Shown: in pieces, positions 19,373 through 30,374 of the stretch
Layout: the number at the start of each line of letters is the position of its first letter
Numbering within the stretch: position 1 is the first letter of the stretch
Source: Trypanosoma brucei
Taxonomy: Eukaryota
DNA: 64,000 bases
Assembly: GCA_000002445.1 (NCBI GenBank)
Contig: CM000208.1
Location: 2,464,001-2,528,000 of the forward strand
Direction: 5' to 3'
Made by a program: the position numbers and the translations under genes
The notes under the pieces: generated by a model
Told to the model about the DNA's origin: nothing
What the model saw: the letters and a program-made list of their open reading frames with translations, nothing else
Database searches by the model: none

Positions 19373-22065
19373 AACCACAGTGCAGGGTGCGCAGTGGATA
19401 ATTTGTGGAAAGGCTACCATCCGCGTCCGACCACGTTGTGACGGCCGAATGGTTTCCATCACGACATGGCTGCCCACGTATCACGACGAAACCGATAAGA
19501 GATTCGCAGGGTCCAATGGAAGGAGTGAAAAAAACGGGGTGAAGATGAGGAAAGAAAGGCAACACTTACGAGCATTCCGAAATTAAAGCCCGTGATACGG
19601 AGGAGCTGTGTCAAATTGCGAATGACGGAGACGATGTTGGGATACACCTCACAGCATTAAGCTGGGGTCGCCGTTCTCACTGGCATCCCTGGATGCGATA
19701 ACAAGGAGTTGGGCCATATCGGCGAAACGCTACCAGCAATAGCCGAGCTTTAAGCAGTAAGCGAGGAAAGCTGGTGCAACCGGGAACCCACCACTGGGTG
19801 TGCGACCGGGAAGGGAAGGAAATCCGCAGCCAGTTGGAGTTGGTATTCCAATGGTCGTCGGGCTACTTGGCCACTACCACCCGTACCTCAACCGCCTCAC
19901 ACACCCAACAGCATGCACTTACTCATGCACCAAGACGCATGAATAAATGCACTGGGAAGGTAAATAAATTCAGCTTTAAAAAAAAAAGATGAGCCAGGGA
20001 GATTACGTAAAAGGGGCTCATCCGCACCTCCCGCACACCGCAAAATAATAATAATAATAACGCTATGTTAAAAAGCACAAGCAACGGAAAAGCCTCTGCT
20101 TACATTTGTTAATGCACAGGCGCAGCGCAGCGGAGAGAACCCTGCAATTCTCCATGCGCAAAATCACTGTTCAACCGAAAGGGACGACACCCCGAGTGGC
20201 GCAAGTACGGCGGCCAGGGCATGTTTACAAACATGCGTTGAGTATGGCGACTCGACAATCCCCCAAAAATTATGAAAATGGGGGGCAGCAAGACCCGCAC
20301 CCACAACCCACACGGTTTTAGAGCAAACACGCCTACAGGCATCAAAAAAAGTAAAAAAAACTGGCACAGTCATAAAAGGTCCCAGCCGACTTTCCAGCAC
20401 GTTCTCCACCTTCACCTTTGAACGTTAGAAACATTACAACGGTGATCTGTGTGACGCACCTTTGTTAAATTACCCTTAAAAGATAGACAAAAAGCGAAGG
20501 ATCATTAGCGACGTCGCAATACAACCGAGTTTCCGCAACAACCGCAACGACACCCCATTTCCACACAATGCAAAACCGAAGGCAGCACTTCCTCACCACC
20601 CTTCCGCCTCCGCACTACTTGTCATGACCCCCCGCGTTGTCGCCCCCGTAGTGATACCGCTTCCGTGATTTCAAAGGACATAAACACTTACAAAACTGGT
20701 ACAAATCCCTGCACCATCAACATGATAGTGGTTGGCATACTTTCCAACCGCTGTGGTCTGAACTCGCACTACCTTCCCAACCTCTACAATCACACAAAGG
20801 GACAAAAAAATCAGAGGTTCTACTCCAACCTACGGCGTATTCAGTACCACAGCCCAGCATCCGAAGGGACAAAACACGCACCAACAACTCGGGCACGATT
20901 TACACCGTTCCCTCGCACCGACAAGCCACACAAACACCAAATTCATTACGAAATATAACCATCCCCTCACTAATACAAGGCGAAACAATAAGCATAATCA
21001 AACAGCTGACAGACAGAAATCCACCGCAGGGCTCAATGTAAGCTAACTTCGCCCTCCCCCTCCCTCACCCTATGGCCTCAGTGTTGCCCTGTAAAACCTT
21101 CTCTGACACTAGTCAAGCAGAGGTAAAAACTAACCTAACCCTAACACTCTCACACAATGAAAGGAGAATCCGTGGGGAATTTGGGAAAAGGCAAAGCACA
21201 CACGGTAAGCAGTCGGCACAACCCCTGGCGCAAAGAAGGCGCAACTGCACGCAAACAAGGCATTCGATTCAGTACCTTCTGTAGGATATGTGGGTTGCCA
21301 TACCGTAGGCAGTTACCAGTAACAGAAACGTATGGGGAAGGAAAGAATCAAAATATAGCTAAAGCTCCTCAACGCATATATATATACATATATTACCGTT
21401 TCACAGCCAATTCATACATCACACTTAACGCTCCCTCTAAACAACGACCCCAAACAATAACATCCCCAGGTACCTCACCAACAACAACAACAACACAATT
21501 CTTAATTAGCAAATATGGCTTCAATGGAGGCAAAGGAAGAAAGGAAGGACGTACACTCCAACTGTGAGATCCCGCTCGAATCAGCTGTAGCGACGAGAGT
21601 AGTTAACGGAAGGTCGACCCAGGGACCCACATCGCATCCCTACGCTGCCGTTAACATACCCTCAAGTGAAAATTAAAAAAAAAAATGGACCAAAAGTTGA
21701 TTTCAGCAAAAGTGCGTCCGAAAGAAAGGGCACGAAACAACAAACAGAAAATAATCAGCAGCAAAATAAATACATCACATTACGTGGCTATCACTGGACA
21801 CAACCAATAGTTGGTCAGCACGTGCCAGTAGTCGATCGACAAAATACATAATAATCAGCACAGTTAGCACAGGAGAGATAATATCAGCCCTTTCACGCAA
21901 CGCATTATCCACACTCACAACACGAAACAACTACGTTGAGGACAAACGAATGGCGCCACCCAATGGCATACTCCTGCGTACATTGATCTCCACAGTGCAG
22001 CACTCATACGTAAAGACCTTCCAATCACAGTTTAAAAAAGAGGAAAATACCGCTTCTCAAATATT

Positions 22066-25000
22066 CTACACCTTGCGACCCGAGTGATTAACGAAGGTTG
22101 CGCGGTTAGTCGTAACATACATCGAAGGGTCCACATGACGGACCTGTACTGCAGGTTTCCCAATGGGACGAGGAGGACATTGTACCTCAGGCCTGATAAA
22201 CCTGTTGCGGTATTCGCTGCTTACACCTTGCATAGAAATGCTTGACTGTTTAACAGTCGGAGCAGCCTTTGGCATATAAGGTTTGCTGGCACCGTGTGCC
22301 TTGAAATCTCTATGCGCGGTACTCACGTACATATCAGCATCTACATGACAAGGGCAGGAATAACCAACATTAGGGGCCTTTTTCCACTTTGACACACGTA
22401 CTCCGTTACCAGTTGGTTGATCGCCCACAGCCGCAGCAGCACACTCAGTAGTAGCTGCAACAGCCGCAGCAGCACCTCCATTACTCTCCCCACTTGCGAC
22501 ACACTTCATATCAGTGGAGACATCAACCTTCTTTGATGTCACACCACCATCACTTTTACCTTTCACGACCTTCTTAACAACAATAGCATCAGCTACAGAT
22601 GAAGCAGTAAAGCTATGCCTCTTAGATATAACAGATTCATCACCAAAGGAAGACTCCCTACACGAACTCTTATAACAAGAAGAATCATAGCGACAATACG
22701 AATCCTTTGCAGTTGTCCTAAAGTGGCCATCATCACCACCGCGACTTGACACTTTCACAACTTCCTCACGGAGCACATCACGCTTATATGCGGCAGGGTC
22801 AATTGGTGCATACGATTCTGCAGTGGTTGAGCGGAAGTGACTGGGATCAACATGACGAGGGCCCGTTGCCTCCTCTTCCTCACGGAGCACATCACGCTTA
22901 TATGCGGCAGGGTCAATTGGCGCATACGATTCTGCAGTGGTTGAGCGGAAGTGACTGGGATCAACATGACGAGGGCCCGTTGCCTCCTCTTCCTCACGGA
23001 GCACATCACGCTTATATGCGGCAGGGTCAATTGGCGCATACGATTCTGCAGTGGTTGAGCGGAAGTGACTGGGATCAACATGACGAGGGCCCGTTACCTC
23101 CTCTTCCTCACGGAGCACATCACGCTTATATGCGGCAGGGTCAATTGGCGCATACGATTCTGCAGTGGTTGAGCGGAAGTGACTGGGATCAACATGACGA
23201 GGGCCCGTTACCTCCTCTTCCTCACGGAGCACATCACGCTTATATGCGGCAGGGTCAATTGGTGCATACGATTCTGCAGTGGTTGAGCGGAAGTGACTGG
23301 GATCAACATGACGAGGGCCCGTTACCTCCTCTTCCTCACGGAGCACATCACGCTTATATGCGGCAGGGTCAATTGGTGCATGCGATTCTGCAGTGGTTGA
23401 GCGGAAGTGACTGGGGTCAACATGACGAGGGCCCGTTACCTCCTCTTCCTCACGGAGCACATCACGCTTATATGCGGCAGGGTCAATTGGCGCATACGAT
23501 TCTGCAGTGGTTGAGCGGAAGTGACTGGGGTCAACATGACGAGGGCCCGTTACCTCCTCTTCCTCACGGAGCACATCACGCTTATATGCGGCAGGGTCAA
23601 TTGGCGCATACGATTCTGCAGTGGTTGAGCGGAAGTGACTGGGGTCAACATGACGAGGGCCCGTTACCTCCTCTTCCTCACGGAGCACATCACGCTTATA
23701 TGCGGCAGGGTCAATTGGTGCATACGATTCTGCAGTGGTTGAGCGGAAGTGACTGGGGTCAACATGACGAGGGCCCGTTACCTCCTCTTCCTCACGGAGC
23801 ACATCACGCTTATATGCGGCAGGGTCAATTGGCGCATACGATTCTGCAGTGGTTGAGCGGAAGTGACTGGGGTCAACATGACGAGGGCCCGTTACCTCCT
23901 CTTCCTCACGGAGCACATCACGCTTATATGCGGCAGGGTCAATTGGCGCATACGATTCTGCAGTGGTTGAGCGGAAGTGACTGGGGTCAACATGACGAGG
24001 GCCCGTTACCTCCTCTTCCTCACGGAGCACATCACGCTTATATGCGGCAGGGTCAATTGGCGCATACGATTCTGCAGTGGTTGAGCGGAAGTGACTGGGA
24101 TCAACATGACGAGGGCCCGTTGCCTCCTCTTCCTCACGGAGCACATCACGCTTATATGCGGCAGGGTCAATTGGCGCATACGATTCTGCAGTGGTTGAGC
24201 GGAAGTGACTGGGATCAACATGACGAGGGCCCGTTACCTCCTCTTCCTCACGGAGCACATCACGCTTATATGCGGCAGGGTCAATTGGCGCATACGATTC
24301 TGCAGTGGTTGAGCGGAAGTGACTGGGGTCAACATGACGAGGGCCCGTTACCTCCTCTTCCTCACGGAGCACATCACGCTTATATGCGGCAGGGTCAATT
24401 GGCGCATACGATTCTGCAGTGGTTGAGCGGAAGTGACTGGGATCAACATGACGAGGGCCCGTTACCTCCTCTTCCTCACGGAGCACATCACGCTTATATG
24501 CGGCAGGGTCAATTGGCGCATACGATTCTGCAGTGGTTGAGCGGAAGTGACTGGGATCAACATGACGAGGGCCCGTTACCTCCTCTTCCTCACGGAGCAC
24601 ATCACGCTTATATGCGGCAGGGTCAATTGGCGCATACGATTCTGCAGTGGTTGAGCGGAAGTGACTGGGATCAACATGACGAGGGCCCGTTACCTCCTCT
24701 TCCTCACGGAGCACATCACGCTTATATGCGGCAGGGTCAATTGGTGCATACGATTCTGCAGTGGTTGAGCGGAAGTGACTGGGGTCAACATGACGAGGGC
24801 CCGTTACCTCCTCTTCCTCACGGAGCACATCACGCTTATATGCGGCAGGGTCAATTGGTGCATACGATTCTGCAGTGGTTGAGCGGAAGTGACTGGGGTC
24901 AACATGACGAGGGCCCGTTACCTCCTCTTCCTCACGGAGCACATCACGCTTATATGCGGCAGGGTCAATTGGCGCATACGATTCTGCAGTGGTTGAGCGG

Positions 25001-28000
25001 AAGTGACTGGGGTCAACATGACGAGGGCCCGTTACCTCCTCTTCCTCACGGAGCACATCACGCTTATATGCGGCAGGGTCAATTGGCGCATACGATTCTG
25101 CAGTGGTTGAGCGGAAGTGACTGGGGTCAACATGACGAGGGCCCGTTACCTCCTCTTCCTCACGGAGCACATCACGCTTATATGCGGCAGGGTCAATTGG
25201 TGCATACGATTCTGCAGTGGTTGAGCGGAAGTGACTGGGGTCAACATGACGAGGGCCCGTTACCTCCTCTTCCTCACGGAGCACATCACGCTTATATGCG
25301 GCAGGGTCAATTGGCGCATACGATTCTGCAGTGGTTGAGCGGAAGTGACTGGGATCAACATGACGAGGGCCCGTTACCTCCTCTTCCTCACGGAGCACAT
25401 CACGCTTATATGCGGCAGGGTCAATTGGCGCATACGATTCTGCAGTGGTTGAGCGGAAGTGACTGGGATCAACATGACGAGGGCCCGTTGCCTCCTCTTC
25501 CTCACGGAGCACATCACGCTTATATGCGGCAGGGTCAATTGGCGCATACGATTCTGCAGTGGTTGAGCGGAAGTGACTGGGATCAACATGACGAGGGCCC
25601 GTTACCTCCTCTTCCTCACGGAGCACATCACGCTTATATGCGGCAGGGTCAATTGGCGCATACGATTCTGCAGTGGTTGAGCGGAAGTGACTGGGGTCAA
25701 CATGACGAGGGCCCGTTACCTCCTCTTCCTCACGGAGCACATCACGCTTATATGCGGCAGGGTCAATTGGTGCATACGATTCTGCAGTGGTTGAGCGGAA
25801 GTGACTGGGATCAACATGACGAGGGCCCGTTACCTCCTCTTCCTCACGGAGCACATCACGCTTATATGCGGCAGGGTCAATTGGTGCATACGATTCTGCA
25901 GTGGTTGAGCGGAAGTGACTGGGATCAACATGACGAGGGCCCGTTACCTCCTCTTCCTCACGGAGCACATCACGCTTATATGCGGCAGGGTCAATTGGTG
26001 CATACGATTCTGCAGTGGTTGAGCGGAAGTGACTGGGGTCAACATGACGAGGGCCCGTTACCTCCTCTTCCTCACGGAGCACATCACGCTTATATGCGGC
26101 AGGGTCAATTGGCGCATACGATTCTGCAGTGGTTGAGCGGAAGTGACTGGGATCAACATGACGAGGGCCCGTTACCTCCTCTTCCTCACGGAGCACATCA
26201 CGCTTATATGCGGCAGGGTCAATTGGTGCATACGATTCTGCAGTGGTTGAGCGGAAGTGACTGGGGTCAACATGACGAGGGCCCGTTACCTCCTCTTCCT
26301 CACGGAGCACATCACGCTTATATGCGGCAGGGTCAATTGGCGCATACGATTCTGCAGTGGTTGAGCGGAAGTGACTGGGGTCAACATGACGAGGGCCCGT
26401 TACCTCCTCTTCCTCACGGAGCACATCACGCTTATATGCGGCAGGGTCAATTGGCGCATACGATTCTGCAGTGGTTGAGCGGAAGTGACTGGGATCAACA
26501 TGACGAGGGCCCGTTACCTCCTCTTCCTCACGGAGCACATCACGCTTATATGCGGCAGGGTCAATTGGCGCATACGATTCTGCAGTGGTTGAGCGGAAGT
26601 GACTGGGATCAACATGACGAGGGCCCGTTACCTCCTCTTCCTCACGGAGCACATCACGCTTATATGCGGCAGGGTCAATTGGCGCATACGATTCTGCAGT
26701 GGTTGAGCGGAAGTGACTGGGGTCAACATGACGAGGGCCCGTTACCTCCTCTTCCTCACGGAGCACATCACGCTTATATGCGGCAGGGTCAATTGGCGCA
26801 TACGATTCTGCAGTGGTTGAGCGGAAGTGACTGGGGTCAACATGACGAGGGCCCGTTACCTCCTCTTCCTCACGGAGCACATCACGCTTATATGCGGCAG
26901 GGTCAATTGGCGCATACGATTCTGCAGTGGTTGAGCGGAAGTGACTGGGGTCAACATGACGAGGGCCCGTTACCTCCTCTTCCTCACGGAGCACATCACG
27001 CTTATATGCGGCAGGGTCAATTGGCGCATACGATTCTGCAGTGGTTGAGCGGAAGTGACTGGGATCAACATGACGAGGGCCCGTTACCTCCTCTTCCTCA
27101 CGGAGCACATCACGCTTATATGCGGCAGGGTCAATTGGCGCATACGATTCTGCAGTGGTTGAGCGGAAGTGACTGGGGTCAACATGACGAGGGCCCGTTA
27201 CCTCCTCTTCCTCACGGAGCACATCACGCTTATATGCGGCAGGGTCAATTGGCGCATACGATTCTGCAGTGGTTGAGCGGAAGTGACTGGGATCAACATG
27301 ACGAGGGCCCGTTACCTCCTCTTCCTCACGGAGCACATCACGCTTATATGCGGCAGGGTCAATTGGTGCATACGATTCTGCAGTGGTTGAGCGGAAGTGA
27401 CTGGGGTCAACATGACGAGGGCCCGTTGCCTCCTCTTCCTCACGGAGCACATCACGCTTATATGCGGCAGGGTCAATTGGCGCATACGATTCTGCAGTGG
27501 TTGAGCGGAAGTGACTGGGATCAACATGACGAGGGCCCGTTGCCTCCTCTTCCTCACGGAGCACATCACGCTTATATGCGGCAGGGTCAATTGGTGCATA
27601 CGATTCTGCAGTGGTTGAGCGGAAGTGACTGGGATCAACATGACGAGGGCCCGTTACCTCCTCTTCCTCACGGAGCACATCACGCTTATATGCGGCAGGG
27701 TCAATTGGTGCATACGATTCTGCAGTGGTTGAGCGGAAGTGACTGGGGTCAACATGACGAGGGCCCGTTACCTCCTCTTCCTCACGGAGCACATCACGCT
27801 TATATGCGGCAGGGTCAATTGGTGCATACGATTCTGCAGTGGTTGAGCGGAAGTGACTGGGGTCAACATGACGAGGGCCCGTTACCTCCTCTTCCTTACG
27901 GAGCACATCACGCTTATATGCGGCAGGGTCAATTGGTGCATACGATTCTGCAGTGGTTGAGCGGAAGTGACTGGGGTCAACATGACGAGGGCCCGTTACC

Positions 28001-28839
28001 TCCTCTTCCTCACGGAGCACATCACGCTTATATGCGGCAGGGTCAATTGGTGCATACGATTCTGCAGTGGTTGAGCGGAAGTGACTGGGATCAACATGAC
28101 GAGGGCCCGTTACCTCCTCTTCCTCACGGAGCACATCACGCTTATATGCGGCAGGGTCAATTGGTGCATACGATTCTGCAGTGGTTGAGCGGAAGTGACT
28201 GGGGTCAACATGACGAGGGCCCGTTACCTCCTCTTCCTCACGGAGCACATCACGCTTATATGCGGCAGGGTCAATTGGTGCATACGATTCTGCAGTGGTT
28301 GAGCGGAAGTGACTGGGGTCAACATGACGAGGGCCCGTTACCTCCTCTTCCTCACGGAGCACATCACGCTTATATGCGGCAGGGTCAATTGGTGCATACG
28401 ATTCTGCAGTGGTTGAGCGGAAGTGACTGGGATCAACATGACGAGGGCCCGTTACCTCCTCTTCCTCACGGAGCATATCACGCTTATATGCGGCAGGGTC
28501 AATTGGTGCATACGATTCTGCAGTGGTTGAGCGGAAGTGACTGGGATCAACATGACGAGGGCCCGTTACCTCCTCTTCCTCACGGAGCATATCACGCTTA
28601 TATGCGGCAGGGTCAATTGGTGCATACGATTCTTTCATTGTGGAAAGTATTTCTTTATAATTTTGTTTATTTGCTTTTTGTTGTTTCATATAAAGGTTTT
28701 CAGTATTGTGCGGCAAACTTTTTTTTTTGTTTTTTATGTCGATGCAATCGTAGACCTCTGCTCTTTCTTTATCTCTTTGTGGATATGGTTGCGGATCATT
28801 CCACTTATAGTCTGCTTCTAATCCCTTTGTGCCAGGCAT
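22066..28839 (-). CDS. MARP: Microtubule-associated repetitive protein (MARP-type), copy A, 2257 aa. A short unique N-terminus is followed by about 50 near-identical 38-aa repeats (SYAPIDPAAYKRDVLREEEEVTGPRHVDPSHFRSTTAE) and a unique C-terminal domain of about 250 aa.
   Basis: The 38-aa repeat of the high-molecular-weight MARP-1/2 microtubule-associated proteins of T. brucei is recognisable, and the 114-bp nucleotide periodicity is visible across 22760-28630. The gene lies in the local - strand coding direction. The equally long + strand ORF is a mirror artefact. Confidence 0.85.
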   Translation of the reverse strand: MPGTKGLEADYKWNDPQPYPQRDKERAEVYDCIDIKNKKKSLPHNTENLYMKQQKANKQNYKEILSTMKESYAPIDPAAYKRDMLREEEEVTGPRHVDPSHFRSTTAESYAPIDPAAYKRDMLREEEEVTGPRHVDPSHFRSTTAESYAPIDPAAYKRDVLREEEEVTGPRHVDPSHFRSTTAESYAPIDPAAYKRDVLREEEEVTGPRHVDPSHFRSTTAESYAPIDPAAYKRDVLREEEEVTGPRHVDPSHFRSTTAESYAPIDPAAYKRDVLREEEEVTGPRHVDPSHFRSTTAESYAPIDPAAYKRDVLRKEEEVTGPRHVDPSHFRSTTAESYAPIDPAAYKRDVLREEEEVTGPRHVDPSHFRSTTAESYAPIDPAAYKRDVLREEEEVTGPRHVDPSHFRSTTAESYAPIDPAAYKRDVLREEEEATGPRHVDPSHFRSTTAESYAPIDPAAYKRDVLREEEEATGPRHVDPSHFRSTTAESYAPIDPAAYKRDVLREEEEVTGPRHVDPSHFRSTTAESYAPIDPAAYKRDVLREEEEVTGPRHVDPSHFRSTTAESYAPIDPAAYKRDVLREEEEVTGPRHVDPSHFRSTTAESYAPIDPAAYKRDVLREEEEVTGPRHVDPSHFRSTTAESYAPIDPAAYKRDVLREEEEVTGPRHVDPSHFRSTTAESYAPIDPAAYKRDVLREEEEVTGPRHVDPSHFRSTTAESYAPIDPAAYKRDVLREEEEVTGPRHVDPSHFRSTTAESYAPIDPAAYKRDVLREEEEVTGPRHVDPSHFRSTTAESYAPIDPAAYKRDVLREEEEVTGPRHVDPSHFRSTTAESYAPIDPAAYKRDVLREEEEVTGPRHVDPSHFRSTTAESYAPIDPAAYKRDVLREEEEVTGPRHVDPSHFRSTTAESYAPIDPAAYKRDVLREEEEVTGPRHVDPSHFRSTTAESYAPIDPAAYKRDVLREEEEVTGPRHVDPSHFRSTTAESYAPIDPAAYKRDVLREEEEVTGPRHVDPSHFRSTTAESYAPIDPAAYKRDVLREEEEVTGPRHVDPSHFRSTTAESYAPIDPAAYKRDVLREEEEVTGPRHVDPSHFRSTTAESYAPIDPAAYKRDVLREEEEATGPRHVDPSHFRSTTAESYAPIDPAAYKRDVLREEEEVTGPRHVDPSHFRSTTAESYAPIDPAAYKRDVLREEEEVTGPRHVDPSHFRSTTAESYAPIDPAAYKRDVLREEEEVTGPRHVDPSHFRSTTAESYAPIDPAAYKRDVLREEEEVTGPRHVDPSHFRSTTAESYAPIDPAAYKRDVLREEEEVTGPRHVDPSHFRSTTAESYAPIDPAAYKRDVLREEEEVTGPRHVDPSHFRSTTAESYAPIDPAAYKRDVLREEEEVTGPRHVDPSHFRSTTAESYAPIDPAAYKRDVLREEEEVTGPRHVDPSHFRSTTAESYAPIDPAAYKRDVLREEEEVTGPRHVDPSHFRSTTAESYAPIDPAAYKRDVLREEEEVTGPRHVDPSHFRSTTAESYAPIDPAAYKRDVLREEEEVTGPRHVDPSHFRSTTAESYAPIDPAAYKRDVLREEEEATGPRHVDPSHFRSTTAESYAPIDPAAYKRDVLREEEEVTGPRHVDPSHFRSTTAESYAPIDPAAYKRDVLREEEEVTGPRHVDPSHFRSTTAESYAPIDPAAYKRDVLREEEEVTGPRHVDPSHFRSTTAESYAPIDPAAYKRDVLREEEEVTGPRHVDPSHFRSTTAESYAPIDPAAYKRDVLREEEEVTGPRHVDPSHFRSTTAESYAPIDPAAYKRDVLREEEEVTGPRHVDPSHFRSTTAESHAPIDPAAYKRDVLREEEEVTGPRHVDPSHFRSTTAESYAPIDPAAYKRDVLREEEEVTGPRHVDPSHFRSTTAESYAPIDPAAYKRDVLREEEEVTGPRHVDPSHFRSTTAESYAPIDPAAYKRDVLREEEEATGPRHVDPSHFRSTTAESYAPIDPAAYKRDVLREEEEATGPRHVDPSHFRSTTAESYAPIDPAAYKRDVLREEVVKVSSRGGDDGHFRTTAKDSYCRYDSSCYKSSCRESSFGDESVISKRHSFTASSVADAIVVKKVVKGKSDGGVTSKKVDVSTDMKCVASGESNGGAAAAVAATTECAAAAVGDQPTGNGVRVSKWKKAPNVGYSCPCHVDADMYVSTAHRDFKAHGASKPYMPKAAPTVKQSSISMQGVSSEYRNRFIRPEVQCPPRPIGKPAVQVRHVDPSMYVTTNRATFVNHSGRKV
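22760..28630. repeat. Tandem array of 114-bp units (MARP repeat array A)
   Basis: An exact 114-bp period is visible. Three biallelic positions per unit (ggcgca/ggtgca, gggatc/ggggtc, ccgttac/ccgttgc) occur in mosaic combinations. Confidence 0.9.
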
Positions 28840-29169
28840 CCTTCCTTTGGTATTTTTGATTCCTATTTATTGTAAGTAGTTTTTACACTTATATTTCTGA
28901 AGGTAAGATGCTTCTTTTTCTTAGGTGATTTATGGATATTGAGTAGAGAAATTATATCCTGCAGAGGGGTGTGTGGTAAATTATCTTACAGCGAATATTC
29001 TAATTTTTTTTCATCATTTGGGGTTGAGTTAGCGGATATTAAGGTATACTTTTGGTGTTCAGTCATCACAGTTCCTTGTGGAAGGTGTTACTCATGCAAA
29101 TACACGTGACGTTAGGCGTTTGAGAAACTGCCTCCTTTTCTACATCTACTGACTGGCAACCGCTGGTCG

Positions 29170-29742
29170 TTACATTTGGGTTCTCGCGCCACAGTTCCTT
29201 CCCGCGGACAACTGTCTTTGCACGTGGTGGTTTAAAATGGTGACATCCATAGCAGACTTTGTTGTGCGAAATCGGTCAACCATGGCATCATCTACTGTTG
29301 GTTGGTTTACTGGTTTGGACAGTTTCCCAGTTAGTGCAAAGCGGTCTACGCCGCTGAGCGTGTTTAACGGTTTGCAATGGTGCTTTGGCTTCCCATACCT
29401 GCTATCAATCAGGTATCGCTGTGTGGCGCCATAGTCTTTGCTTGTTGCCACCACTTCATCGACTGTTGGTAGGCCGCTTCCAAATATAAGGCTCTTCCCG
29501 AGTCCACGCTGCCGCAACATCGGCCGGACAGCTGTAACACATGGGGTAGAGTAATCAGCCTTATAAACTGAGGACGGCAGCGGAGATTGGCCGTCTACTG
29601 CGATCGTGAATTTGCCATGCGCCTCATTGATGCGTGCGTCGAACCAGTTATCTACGAGGACACCGCTGTTGTAATGGTTGTCAAAACATGGAAGAACTCG
29701 CTTGTCCCCGGTGTGCATGCTGGCGCCTGCAACCGATTCCAC
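29170..29742 (-). CDS. Hypothetical 190-aa protein, copy A. An identical copy lies at 52607-53179.
   Basis: The ORF is conserved perfectly within both copies of the duplication and sits upstream of each MARP gene. No recognisable domain. Confidence 0.5.
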   Translation of the reverse strand: MESVAGASMHTGDKRVLPCFDNHYNSGVLVDNWFDARINEAHGKFTIAVDGQSPLPSSVYKADYSTPCVTAVRPMLRQRGLGKSLIFGSGLPTVDEVVATSKDYGATQRYLIDSRYGKPKHHCKPLNTLSGVDRFALTGKLSKPVNQPTVDDAMVDRFRTTKSAMDVTILNHHVQRQLSAGRNCGARTQM

Positions 29743-30374
29743 TCACCCCAGAGCTTTGTGCTGCCTAGCACTGAGGATTCACCTAAATTACAGTGCAATC
29801 GGCTCAGTCACATGGTGTAACACGAGTGTGGTTGCGGTTCAAAGGGAATGGTGAGAGAAGAAAAAAAGTGTAAAACCCCCGTCGAGGAGATCCCACAAGG
29901 GTGGAGAGAGGAAGGAGTGGCATGTAGCCAAACTACAGGCAAGGAATACACGCAAGGCGCCTTTAATCCAGGCGGAGGCAGTTGTATACCGTCAGCGGAA
30001 CTAAACCGGCCCCACTCAAGCAGTTGATAATAAAGAAGGCAGAAGGGGAATATTTAATTACGCCTGAGGGGATCTATTTCACCCTGTGAAACGCACTGGC
30101 GGTTATCACAACATATCAGTTGTAGGCCAAGCACGAGCATCCCCAGGCCACCGTCTGTACACTTCTTCGCGAAAAACTATTTCTTCGAAATACGGTCTTC
30201 CAACGGATTATGGAGGCTCATCCTTGGTATCCTTTTTCTGATCGTACGAGCGTACGCACATCATTTGATCGGTGTGGTTGAACTGCTTCCCAACCTTCAT
30301 TCATACCTCTTCGGTTTGCCTAATAACGAGGTGAAAAAAAAAAATTGTCCATTTTCCTTCGCCCGTGCAGTTCA

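Larger units (their letters stand above)
21018..29950. repeat. Segmental duplication copy A (about 8.9 kb). Contains the MARP 3' flank, MARP gene A and a 190-aa hypothetical gene.
   Basis: It is essentially identical to 44911-53387. The left junctions share …gaaatccaccgcagggctcaatgtaagc… and the right junctions diverge after …caaggaataca. The internal length differs by 456 bp, which is four 114-bp units. Confidence 0.9.

Noticed and set aside
18252-19586. Several 80-170-aa ORFs on both strands in the GC-rich island (for example 18723-19238 on - and 18823-19248 on +)
   Set aside because: The ORFs overlap on opposite strands. Their composition is low-complexity (P/G/R-rich). They include mirror peptides produced by the inverted repeat. 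GC-rich DNA yields long spurious ORFs, and there is no polypyrimidine or AG context.
21072-21851. Small ORFs (70-136 aa) in the duplicated MARP 3' flank, also at 44965-45744
   Set aside because: They lie on the + strand, opposite to the local transcription direction. They are A-rich and low-complexity (poly-Gln/Thr from the (CAA)n run) and most plausibly belong to the MARP 3'UTR or intergenic region. Duplication alone does not indicate coding.
22746-28859. A 2037-aa + strand ORF antisense to MARP. A second one lies at 46639-52296, with many 71-185-aa - strand sub-ORFs such as MLIPVTSAQPLQNR….
   Set aside because: These are mirror or alternate-frame artefacts of a perfectly periodic 114-bp repeat, since any frame stays open. 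The real gene is the - strand ORF with unique N- and C-termini and a polypyrimidine tract.
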